Source of the DNA: Macrostomum lignano | Taxonomy: Eukaryota | Direction of reading: 5' to 3' | Length of the DNA: 64,000 nt | NCBI GenBank assembly: GCA_002269645.1 | Contig: NIVC01000798.1 | Span: 154,191-218,190 of the forward strand | Shown here: positions 1-11,930 of the stretch, in pieces | Layout: each line of letters begins with the position of its first letter | Numbering within the stretch: position 1 is the stretch's first letter | Translations under genes and position numbers: made by a program | The notes under the pieces: generated by a model | What the model saw: the letters and a program-made list of their open reading frames with translations, nothing else | What the model was told of the DNA's origin: nothing | The model's database searches: none

Positions 1-3000
1 AAAGGGGAAAGGAGAACAGCGACAAGCTGGAAAATTGGGATGCAAACGATGCAAGGTGGACCGTCATGTAAGAAGGAGGGAGAAGCTAAACAAACGAAAA
101 CCGTCTGTGGCCACAGAGCATCATCTGTGACCGCTGTGCGTCTGTCGTTACTTGCATAATCAATGCCTCAGCAAGGCTTGCTATACCGGACGCGACCCGA
201 ATTCCTTCTCTTGCTGAGACGGCTCAGGCAAGATCAATAAACTGCTCCGAACCGCATGTGCTTGTATGAATGAATGCGAGCGTTTTTTTTCAGGTCATCT
301 TTTTTCTATAAGCATTGCTGACAGCACTGTCGTTTCATCAAAGAGGATGTACAAGAATATGAGAAGACATATTTGTTCCGGGTTTATGCAACTGGGGATT
401 AAAGATGACAAAACGAGGAATGTGGAATAAGTTCTAACTTTACTATGCATCATGTGATGCCTTGTTCGACTTGAGTTGCTCGAATAATTAGATACCTACA
501 GTAATTCGACTATTCCAAAGCTTAAGTTCTATTAGAAAGGCAATATATATTGACTTAGTCTCCAAGACACATTGAATTGAAAAGGAGGATAAAAGCTGGA
601 ATTATATATGATTTTATATTTGCCTTCATATAATAGTTTTAAAAATCCACAACTTGCTGCCAAAAAATTATCGAACTTTTCAGCAAATCTGCCGGGGCAA
701 ATTTTAAAGAAAAATCCAAGGCATTTTAGCTGTCTGCATTGAAAGGCGCAGAAATTTGACGGCAAAGAATAATTGAGCGAAGGGAGTGAAAGAGGGAGCT
801 GTGAATGGCTCATGATCTCTGCAGCAGGGGGCTGCAGGATGATCCCAGGCTGGGGATCGGCACAAAAAATCGCTGCCAAGGCCGTCGGGAGCCAGTGCAG
901 AATATATTAATAATTCAATGAAAAGAAGCGACCGGACGGTCAAAGGCACGCAAAGAATAAAGCACCCCCCATATTCCAACCATGGGTTGGTAAGGAAGAG
1001 TTGGAAAACGGCCAGGGCTGCAAGAGGGAGGGAAAGAATGGTTTTTTTCACCATCCCGGATTATCCCAGCTCCGGGCTAAGGTGCTGGCCGCGCACCTTC
1101 GGTTATACTGCTGCATTCTTGGAGGAAGGCAGCTCCGATGACGCTATGGACAGCTAAAGGAAGCTGCAGACCCCTCTCTTATCCGTCGGTTCTATTCGTT
1201 CCACAAAGAGCCTTCTCTGCTCCATCATTTTTTCTCGCTCTAGCAGCCCAGCTTGAAAAGTATTAGTTCCAGTCTAAATTGTGTAAATTCCTATCGTTTC
1301 CATGCATCGACCCTCTTTTCTGATGTTTATTAGTATGAGAAAAGTCGAAAAAGTTCAATCAGATGAGATTGGAGTGGCAAAGTCAACGATAAGTGAGCAT
1401 TGACATGTGATGCTGGTACTGTACTCCCTGAGATTTCATGTATAATTTTCTACTGCAGGTTCTATCGTATTAGACTCTGAAAATGGCCACAGAGTAAGAT
1501 TTAAATTACGGGCGTAGTAGTGAAATCCCTTATATCGACGGCATTGCAGCAGCTAGCTCATATATGATAATAAGGAAAGATGATGATGTGAAAAATTATG
1601 ACATCTACATTGCGCAGTGGGGCAGGATGCCACGGTGTGGCAACAGGCACGCAAGATAGTAACGTATACCTCTTCTCTTCTCTACCGTCGGCTAAAGTTT
1701 TCCTCACTAATTAGTCGGATACTCTAGCGGCGTCTTGCAGTTAGGCAAGTATACGTTAACATCTAAAAAAGCGCAAAAAGTTATGATAGGGCGAAAATCT
1801 TGTGCCTGCACTTTAGAGGGACATGCCAAGGCTGTGATCTTATTCGATGATATGGATGCCATATTTGAAAACCCTATGCGGCATGTGATCGCACGCATAG
1901 ACACACTTGCATGCACTGTACGCCATTGAACTTCAAAATACCACAAAGACCCTACATATACAAATGGTCAATTTCCACGAGATTCAGTAAATAAATGAAA
2001 AGAACATATATGATTAGGAGCTAGCTTTGTCCATTAATGCTGTTTAATGCCTGATGAGGATACAGAAGATATGGACGGCACACAGCAGCAATAATTGCAA
2101 TTGAGCCAACTAGTGATACACAAAAGAGGCCAGTCAGCTGTTTCCTTCAATATCGCCTCTTTGACCAAAGCCATGGGATTCGACAGCTGTGCGCGCAGTT
2201 GCAAGGATGACCCACCAGCACAGCGTCATCAAAGCTTCAACTGGCAAACTAAAATGCTGGAAATGGCGCATTAGCATGCGCAGATGTGACGCGAGAGTCC
2301 TTAAACGTTTTCCTGCCAATGTACTTAATCTTTCGTTGGAGTTTCAACATGGGAGTGGCTATCTGGCTATTACAATTCAAATTCCGTAGCGTAATTATCC
2401 ATTTTATATAAGAATACGCTGCTTGCTGAATTCGATACTTCAACCAGATAGAAGACAAAATAACATCGTAATAAAATAATTCCAGCGAAACAATTATGGA
2501 TAAAATATTTCACATCGAAGATTTTGTTTCGAAATATTGTACTTAGAAGGCCCCGACATTCTCTTATTTAAATATCAAATTTTTCTTTTACAAGAGTGTT
2601 TGCCCTCTAAGTTTGGCTTGAGTTTAACCAGCTAGGTTCCTGATGAACGCCACCTGCGCCAAGGAAACTGTGAAAGCGCGAAAATTCCTTTGGAATATCG
2701 CTCAACTCTCTCATTTAGCTTGTAATTACTGGGCCAAAAGCGACGAGTTGACGAAGAAAGTAGCTCAAATTAATTAATAGGATAGGAGCAAGCGCGGGGT
2801 GACAAGACAGACAATCTGTTTCTTTCACGGAAAGCGAGCGCCAACATTGGCTTGTACCCCGAATGGCCAGGTCTCCCAAGCAAGGAGGGGCGGATGTGAT
2901 AAATAAACAGAACTCATTTGGCCCCTGAAAGTCTGAAACTGATTGCGCACGCCTAGATAAGCATGTTAATTCAGTTGTCTACGAGCAAGCCACTCACAGA

Positions 3001-6000
3001 GAATCATAGCCACGAAATAGGTCAAGGTTGGTGGACGGAAAATGAAAGTGAAACCAAATCCTGAAGAGATTTTAGGGACCAGTTTTATGGAGTGGTGAGA
3101 AAAAAATGCGGCCTAATGTGCATTCAACCTCACAAAACAGGTAGAAATGTATAAAACAAATAGCTAGCAAGAAGTGAAAACATAAGAGCTGTGTAATCAA
3201 CACTGCTTGAGCTGAGCAGATGAAAGCACACCTAACAAAACACACCCTCTGTTCTGCTTCACCTGGCCTCCTACTCGCATGCGTGCATAATTTGAGACAC
3301 CGGCACGCAATTCGAGATCCCGTGAGCAGCATATGAAGGCCAACGTGAAAAGAAGGCGATGATGTCACTTTCCCTCATTCCGAGGCAAACTAAATCCCCT
3401 TGTTCCTGGTCGGATTATTGGGTCGCTGACTCACCGGTATGTAAAAAATCCTGCAGCAGTGATTTTTCAGTAAAATGTGATACAAATTGGCGCAGCTGTT
3501 CTTTGCCCGGCTTCTGCTGATTGCTCGAAGTAATTTTCAAATCTGATGGCAGCCTTTTTCTGTTATTGCAGATTCAAACTTGGTGAGAGTGAAACACCTT
3601 GGATTCGAAGACTGTTATTGCTTGTAATACTTCTTGAAGCAAATAGCGGTCGCGTGAGTCAGCTAGCCAGGGATGATCAGCTTTGAGCAAAAGGAAACTG
3701 GGAGGCGCTCGTTAGAAATGGAGAGTTTGAGAGTTGAGAGGGAGAAACGGTCCGCAGCGGCCTGATAAAAATGAGTGGAATGGGGAGAAGGGCTGGTAAA
3801 GGGGGGGCGACACGGGGTTGGCGACGACGGGTAGGTGGAGTGGGAGGAGGTGAAGCTGAGAGCGAATCGCGACGCATTGCCCAACTGCTTATGACTGAGA
3901 GGGAGAGAGAGAGAGAGAGGGGTGGGACTGCTTGAACCCGCTCTCCCGGCCACTCAAACATAGCCACAAACTCTTCTATCAGGAACACAACCACTGACAC
4001 TCCGGACTGGACAAGAGGGCTGGTGCAGTAGAGAGAGGATGACGACATATTTCAGGGGGGTGCAGAACGCATTGAAGCAAGAGCAGGTTGCAAATACAAA
4101 AACTAAGAAGTAGGTAAAAATGGAAACCACGAACTCATTTCAAGCCTTGATGAAAAACGAGCTCAAGAGCATACATTCGTAGTCTACACTTTCAAACTGA
4201 CTCGGCGAACTATGCACGACGCTTTTTCAATATTAGTTTGAAATGTATTGCTATGAATATGTTTATTGACTAATGTTTCACACAAACAAGAGAACAAAAA
4301 TGTGTCCACAGAAATGAGATGATTGAGCAAAGGCTTATGCACATATGATTATCCTGTATTTAACCTAATCAAACCCATGAAACCAATGATAGTGTATTAT
4401 CCAGCTTTGCTTGCCAATTCCGCTCCAGTCTACGAAAAGTTGGATGTAAGGCAGACACAAAGGACAAACATGTTCAGTTGGCGCCAGTGAAACTTGGGCC
4501 ACTACCACTATACGAAAATACGTGCGTGTCTGTGGTCACGATGACGGAGGAAAAGCTCAGTGAACTACCACTTTCACTGTTCCAAAGCAGCATTTAGCGA
4601 GGAAGAAAAATATAGAAGGCGGGCTTTTCGTAACTTCCGCAACGGCGAGGGGCTTGACTGACAGGAGGCAGCCTTACAGAGTAGCTAGCGAGAGTGGGAG
4701 GGACAAAGGATGGCAGGTAGTTAATAGGCCATTGGGACAGACGCTGGCGCCCAAACTTGCACTGGTCTGAGCGCCACAGGGTCTGCTTTCTCTCCTCCCC
4801 TCCTCATGCGCATTTGGAATGGCACTCAGTTGGAGTCCAACTTTTGGCATCCTTCAGAGTTAACAAATTCTACACTTCCGGGACTAGAGGCATACAGAAT
4901 TTCAGACGAATAGTTATCTCACCGTTATAGACGCGGATCGTACTACTATTCATTTGCCCTTAAGTAGTCAGAAGTGAGTTCTAAGTATCTGAATAATAGG
5001 AATAGCTTAGTCAGATTAATAACGATGAGTAAACTCGAAACTACATGCGAGTCCCGGGTCGAGCAGACAGCGCGTGGAACTGCGTCTACGAGTTTACGTA
5101 CTGGAATAAACAAGATTATTTTCTCTGATCCGTCTATTACGCTAGCAAACCTACTGTGCACGAGTGCGAGTGCGAGTGATAGACGAAAGTGCACGCAAGG
5201 CGATGATCAGTCAGCCGCCGGTTGGCTGCTTCAATAGTGCAAGAAGCTCGTAGTTTAGTACTTGTTAATCAAATGCTCAAACGAGGCTAGGAGTCGAATG
5301 CAGATCACACGAACCCGCACGCATGTCATTAAGTGCATTTTGCGAAACATATTTAAACCAATATTGTTATTTGACACCATTACTCCATTACTCCTTTGCG
5401 CATCACATAACTGGATTACATCTCGCAAATACGCTCGCAGTTAAATACGAAATTTGAATATCGGCTACTCTGAAAGACAAGCTCATAACATTGTGAAAAC
5501 ATTGGCATCAGCATTAACCCGAGAATCCAGAATAATTTGACTCCGAATTTCCATCAAGACTCTCTGACAGCCAGCTGTAATAAGGCGTAAATGTTATAGC
5601 TCAGAATCTGATTCAACTGTTGCACCACTGATTGCTAGGAGTTCCCACTTTTATCAAATCCGCTTTCCAGCTAAGCTCCATAAATTGTTCGACACTTGCA
5701 TCTCGGCCGACTGCGAATGACAGCAAAGCGAGAAAATGTGCCCAGTAGGCCAGGGCCAATCGTCAAGTCATAGCTGTATGGAAAAGAAAACTTTGTTTGC
5801 ACATTCTTATCACAGCCCCCGGGCCCCCCTGGACAGAGGGCGGGGCCTCGGGAGGCCAATCAACCAACTTGTACAGCATTGGAAGAAAAACACATTATAG
5901 AACTTGTTAGCTACGAAGTTACAAACAAGCTGCAGTATAAGTAAGAAAAGCATAAAGAATTGCTTATCTATGCAAGGCTTGTACGACGCAGGGAATGCAT

Positions 6001-7591
6001 GTAGCTGGGCTTTGCACCGCAATAGGGACGCGTGTGACGCATTCCACGTATCCAATAATGTTTTACACCCACTACACATGCTCGGAAAATGTGAATATCT
6101 GGAGTGTAGAACAGATTTGGAACTTTTAAAAGTTCTAAATATGCACTACTGAAACGATATTGGATCATTTCGTAAATCATGGGGATGGCAACTGTACATG
6201 CAAAGGGACATTACAGTCTGAAGAAAACGACAAAAATTTTTTCAAAGGCGCCAGTTTGAAGGACCAAAAGATGGCAATCTCAGTGTGCTAGAGTACAAGT
6301 ATATATCTGTGTACAAATAGTGTGCAAAAATTGATTGTGCAGTGCAAGGCATGGCAAGGGTGAGGATCTCTTAATCAAAACTTCTGCATACATACTAAAT
6401 ATATGGGACTAATATGATGCATTGGATCTACTAAGACTTTTTAACCTTGAAACCTTATATAGACCTACTTGAACTTAATTGACACTAAGTTTTATTTTCC
6501 TTCTATTTCAAAGTGAGAGGCAATCAAATAAATTGAAAGTGTCTTTACATCAAAAAGACAACTATATTTACCTATAAAATGCATAAAATCAATATTTAAA
6601 TATCAGACTTAGCAAAAGTTTGAATATATAGATCTAAATACACTTCTTAAGTGTGCATAATGACAGTTATATGTAAATTGATATATGATATTTTAAATTT
6701 AAAACAAAGTTTACAACAAATATAATATAGAAAATTTACTTGCAGTGCACTTTAATTTATTTGTAATACTTACTATGGAAGTATTAGTACACTTGTTTCT
6801 AGGCAATAAAGTATATAATTTTTTTTAAACTTCAAATACAAAGTGTCTAGGCCTAGGGTCTATTTTTAATGAATATTAATCATTCTGTATAAAAAAGCAA
6901 GATTTTTTTTGAAAAAAATAAAACAGTCACTTAAGTATACTTTTATAAAACAGTAAGTGAAAACAAGTAGAAAGGCTAATAGCATTTATTATAAGTACTC
7001 ATTTTTGCAACACTTGCCTAGTATATCATTATAAATTATGGCATGGTATGGATACAAAACCATACTAATTGTAAAAAACTATAACATATTTAAATAATTA
7101 TATAGAGGAAAGAAAACAATATAACTATAGATTAAAATATTCATACGAATTTCTTCATTTTGAGGATTTAGCTTTACACTCAGTGAAATGAAATGTTATC
7201 AAATGAATGATTACAATAAATTAAAATGAACTGCGAATTCAGCATACTACCCTGGATATATATCATAATAAAGCACAAAATATTTATTGTAGCAAAGTAG
7301 CACACTGGATTGTAGTATTGTAGTTAATTGAGTAAAGTCTGTCACAAAGATTACAAGCAGGCCTGTATCACCACGCCGTGACGATTTGAAAATAATTTCT
7401 TTGAGTTAAAACAAAAGGGTAAAAATATGAAGGATGAGATGTAAGGGTGCTTTTAAATTCTGAAAAATATAACTAATTTAGAAAAATAATAATAATAGCA
7501 ACGATATTACTGTCTTAGATACATCCGACTAAAGACGCATCTTTACGGACGCATCCGACTAAAGATGCCACGCATCTTTACTAATGTCATT

Positions 7592-8421
7592 GGGAGCACG
7601 AGAATTGCCGCAGACGAATTGCCCGTTCATAGAAAACGGGATTCTACACGCATTCTATAACACGGTAAAATATTACGGCTCGATAGACATCGGGAGTTTT
7701 TCATGTTATATTGCGGATGTTTTTGGAAAACATATGTGATTGCCCGCTTAGATTTGTCCGCGGGAGATTTATTTGCCCGTCGAGATTTGCCTCCGCAGTG
7801 CATTTTTCCCGCAAGCGAATTGCCCGCGAGCGAATTGCCCACTTTTTCCTGCAGCGCATTTAGCCACGCCAAAAGCTAGATCGTCTGCGTTGCCCCCCCC
7901 CGCAATGCTATATAGTACTGCGTAAGTCTTTAATAAGAGATTTGTAGGACAAAGCGACTCGGCTGCGTGAATTAATAGCTCACCGTTTACCCCTGCATGT
8001 ATATAGAACTGAATACCTACAAGAAAAGTTTCGTTTTGAAACGTTTTGATCGGGTCTATGTAAATCTCTTTATTAAGACTTACTAAGCATTGGGGAGGCA
8101 ATGCAGGCTAAATCTTCCGCGTGGCTAAATGCGCTGCAGGAAAAAAGCATTGCGGGCAAGCCTCGGCGGGAAAAAACTCGGCGGGCAATTCGCTCGCGGG
8201 CAATTCACTCGCCGGCAAATTGCACTGTGGGCAAATCTCGGCGGGCAATTCTCGACGGGCAAATCTCGACGGACAAATCTCCTGATCTCGGCGGGAAAAG
8301 CATTGGCGGGCAAGTCTCGACGGGCAAATCTCGACGGGCAAATCTGCGGGCAGATCTCGACGGGCAAATCTGCGGGCAAATCTCGGCGGGCAGTTCGTCT
8401 GCGGGCAATTCTCATGGACCC
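7592..8421. mobile_element. Non-autonomous foldback/MITE with GGG-ended TIRs and ~15-bp subterminal repeats
   Basis: The left end GGGAGCACGAGAATTGCCGCAGACGAATTGCCCG matches the reverse complement of the right end (GGGTCCATGAGAATTGCCCGCAGACGAACTGCCCG). Many CGGGCAAATCTCGA-type repeats; inner inverted pair 7842-7868/8119-8148. No clear TSD. Confidence 0.8.
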
Positions 8422-9083
8422 TATTTACGACGCACTATTATTATTCGCAGTTTTGAACTATATAAAAATTGTATATATTTACTAGTATATATACATGCTC
8501 CCCATCAATCGTTGCTCTGTCGTTGCTACTAACTAAACAAACGTACACGGTTCTAAATGTTACCCGAAAGACTCCAGGCTGTTGATATAGTGGGCCTTGG
8601 ATACATGTTGTGGTATATCTAAGTAAACGAAAATTATTATCCTTGTAACAAAGCCAAATTTTTCATATTGAAATCGTAAGAATACAATAATTTACAATGA
8701 ATCAAATCCTTGACAGGCAATTGTAACTGCAACTACCCTCGTACATGTAAGTCTAGAGAAAAAGTTGCGCGAAAAATGTCGAAATCGAATGACGGATGGC
8801 TGTGACTTTAAATATACATGTAATATCGAAAGACTGAGCTTCAGCTTCAGCTTTCGGTACATTTTTAACAAATTCATTTATTTACGATCATGATTTAGTC
8901 TCATTTAAATATTAAGATTAATCAATTTTAAGCTAATTTCAAGGAACATTTTTCGGGCCAATGAAGAGCTGCTTGTATTGTACTCGCTAGAAGGCTGCCA
9001 AAAGCAGATGCAGACTGACTTTAAATAGCAGAGAGATGCACTCGGTCAATGCCAAACATCTAGTAAAAAGCGTAACGAGAAAG

Positions 9084-9527
9084 TCAGGATCTGTTTGTAA
9101 GCTGTCTCTTTTTGCGTTTGCCATACCTGCGGGATTAAGACAGTGGTAGAAAATAATTGTTTATATAGTTGTTTAAAGTTTGTTTGAGAAATAATAGCTT
9201 TGAATGATGTTCAAATGTCACTTAAGTTTCCGAAACGTTCAGATTTCGGAAAATTATACCCGTGAGCTAATTTATGCACAAATGACCTGCTCACCTAGGC
9301 CTGTCTAGAAGAGCCAGGTACTTGTTGAGATTGCGCAAATACAACCGCAAGTTTTCAGGCGACGCGAACGGTTGCGGAATTTCTGGCTCACCAACACTGC
9401 CTCCATTGCTAATGCTTGCTTCAATAAGCTTCGAAGCAACCGGCCGGCTCAATGCCGAGTTGGAAAATGCGATTCCCAGCTGAAAAATGATGTGCAGAAT
9501 CAAGTGAAGATTCGAAATTGCCATCAT
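9084..9527 (-). CDS. npy: Neuropeptide Y/F family precursor (2 coding exons, 91 aa)
   Basis: Exon 1 9527-9295 (MMAISNLHLILHIIFQLGIAFSNSA...PEIPQPFASPENLRLYLRNLNKYLALLDRP-R), donor GTGAGC; acceptor cccgcAG, then exon 2 9126-9084 completes R-Y-G-K-R-K-K-R-QLTNRS*. Hydrophobic signal peptide, Tyr at positions 10 and 17 from the mature C-terminus, GKR amidation/cleavage site and a phase-2 intron inside the last Arg codon are all NPY/NPF hallmarks. Confidence 0.9.
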
Positions 9528-10634
9528 TCTGAGACCTTTGAGTTTTTGATACAGCTTTGGATGTTGTTAAACTGCTGAGGCAGTCGCCTGAACTGCTAGA
9601 CAACATTTATACTACAATTTGATTGACATGAAAACCTAATGTCTTTTTTCATTTGTGAATAATGCTGAATTGACTATAACTGAAGCTTCCACGTGAATGA
9701 AGCATAAAACCAAATGGCTTCAACTCCAAAAAAATTTCTCTACCAGAGAGTGACACGGAAAGAGAACTGTAGCAAATTTTCATGTAGGGAGCTTTTTTAA
9801 GTGCTTGTGAAGTGCTCCAGTGCAAAATTCAGCCTCTAAATAAAATGTTGTTTTTGCTTCTACTTGCCAATCTCGATGAAACTCGTAGTTTTGCAGCATT
9901 TAGCATTCAGAATTTTGTTTGTTTTGCTTTTTGTTGTACCTGCGACTGCAACAGTTCCGTGCTCACACTTCTCAAATTCCATTTTGAAGTTGAACCTTCG
10001 ATTTGGATCAAAAAACGACAGTAGTTATGCGTAGAGATTCATAGAACAGGCATCAAATACAGTAATTCATGAAAAGCATTGACATACGAGTATTAGATAA
10101 TGAGGACTGAAAGTACAGGTGTATGGGTAAGGCAGGTGGCTAAAAACCAGAGAGACAAGCACCGCAGTCGTTTGGAGAGGACTGCTTTTCCCCATGCTCA
10201 AGGGATCTGTAATTCCTGCCGTTGGACGCGAGGGGAATTGTTGTACCAATGTGTCATGTCACTCGTTAAAGCCTCATTATGCAATCACAGGGGAAGAGCA
10301 AGATTAAAAAAATCGATTGGCAAGAAAGTAATTGCTCAATTAGATTCGAAACAGGTCATGCAACCTTCAAAGAAAGCATGCCTTTAGGTTCAGTGGATAA
10401 ATGGAATATTTTCTTATTCTTTCAAGTGGATGAATAGCATTTGTTATTAGTAGCAATAAAATTTATATTCCAGTAGTGCGTGTTGATTATTTTTGTATAT
10501 TGATGATAATTACTGCATATAATGACGCTGAAAAATTGCGACAGCTGGTTGAAAAGTGACAAAATAAGTAAGTTAAAGACTATTAGAATCGCCGTGTAAT
10601 TAAACGAAATTAAAGTTTAATTTATATTGTAGTA

Positions 10635-11142
10635 TTGGTTTTGCCAGCCTAACTGAGAATAAAGCCATCCAAAGTGAGAATCCTGCCTACGCTGACTGCG
10701 AAGGGCCGGCCTGGCTGCGTGCAGCCTTAGTCTATGGGCCATAGACTATAAAGGACAAGCAAAGTGATAAAAAGCCATCCAATGTGAGAATCGATTGGTC
10801 TATGCGTCGTATTCTTTTATTTTTATACCTTCTGAGCCATATGACTAGCCAATAGCTTGAACGGAATAACGGAAACAGGAACACACTGGATGATACAGTA
10901 CAGTAAAGTAAAGAGTTAAAATCCTAGACTCATATGGCTCATAGACTAGGCTGGATGCAGCTAGGCCCTTCGTGTTCAGCGTAGGCAGGATTCTCACATT
11001 GGATGGCTTTTTATCACTTTGCTTGTCCTTTATAGTCTATGGCCCATAGACTAAGGCTGCACGCAGCCAGGCCCTTCGCAGTCAGCGTAGGCAGGATTCT
11101 CACTTTGGATGGCTTTATTCTCAGTTAGGCTGACAAAACCAG
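10635..11142. mobile_element. MITE with ~155-bp near-perfect TIRs and TA target-site duplication
   Basis: 10635-10790 is the reverse complement of ~10990-11142 (GGTTTTGYCAGCCTAACTGAGAATAAAGCCATCC...). TA at 10633-34 and 11143-44. Each arm contains the hairpin AGTCTATGGGCCATAGACT. Confidence 0.85.
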
Positions 11143-11207
11143 TAGTCTTGCTGAGGGTTTCTAGTGGAGCTTGTTTAAAAAGTTTGGATCGACTGCTGCA
11201 ATCAATA

Positions 11208-11896
11208 GTACAACTTAATATATCTTTTTGTAATCTACGAGTAGTTGGCCAAAACTGCGATCAAGTTGGCCCAGATCGATGGCATTCGCTAGTCGACGCC
11301 TTCCAAGTTGAACTTAGAGCCCCAGATAACTTAGTTTTGGTCCGTCTGTACTGCTATCTTTCCCATAGCAGTCTATTTCTCTAAGCTATTAATTTGACCG
11401 TAATCTGTGATCACTTATACCATAGCTGAAATCGCGGAGACTATGGCTCAGAGAGGCCTGCATACATGAAAATTTCAACTCTGGATCGCCAGAGGTTGCT
11501 GAGCGTCTTTGAAAATGGAGAAGACTGGCAAAGTCTCGGCCGGCTCTTGGGAATCGCATGGAAAACAGTTACAAACATTATTCGGACTTTCACAGAACCT
11601 GGCCACCTCCGCACTCTGCCCAGAGGAGGTGTCAGGCGTTCGTCCCTAAGCGAAGCCGTGGTCGACAGCAACATGTCGCTTATTTCTTCTTCTGCGCACA
11701 TGCAAAAACAAAATTGCTAAACAAACTTGATCGCAGCTTAGGCCTAATTGGTTGCAGTATTTTTACACTGTGTCTAATGGCTTTCAGCTCAGCTCAGCTG
11801 GGTGAGCCGACTCGCGAGAGCGAAGAATTTCCTATCCCTGGCCAAATTGATCGCAGTTTTGGACAAGTACATGTAGATTACAAAAAGGTGTTGTGC
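11208..11896 (+). mobile_element. Internally deleted Tc1/mariner/IS630-type transposon with a transposase HTH relic
   Basis: TA|GTACAAC...GTTGTGC|TA termini; inverted arms 11222-11270/11840-11888; repeated TTGATCGCAG motifs (IR/DR-like). ORF 11466-11720 (DRQRLLSVFENGEDWQSLGRLLGIAWKTVTNIIRTFTEPGHLRTLPRGG) resembles the N-terminal HTH of this superfamily; no catalytic domain. Confidence 0.75.
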
Positions 11897-11930
11897 TATA
11901 ACTCACTCAATACTACTACTGTGAGTAGTC

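Noticed and set aside
1735-1929. Walker-B-like VILFDDMDAIF in a short ORF
   Set aside because: No Walker A or other AAA context; likely chance.
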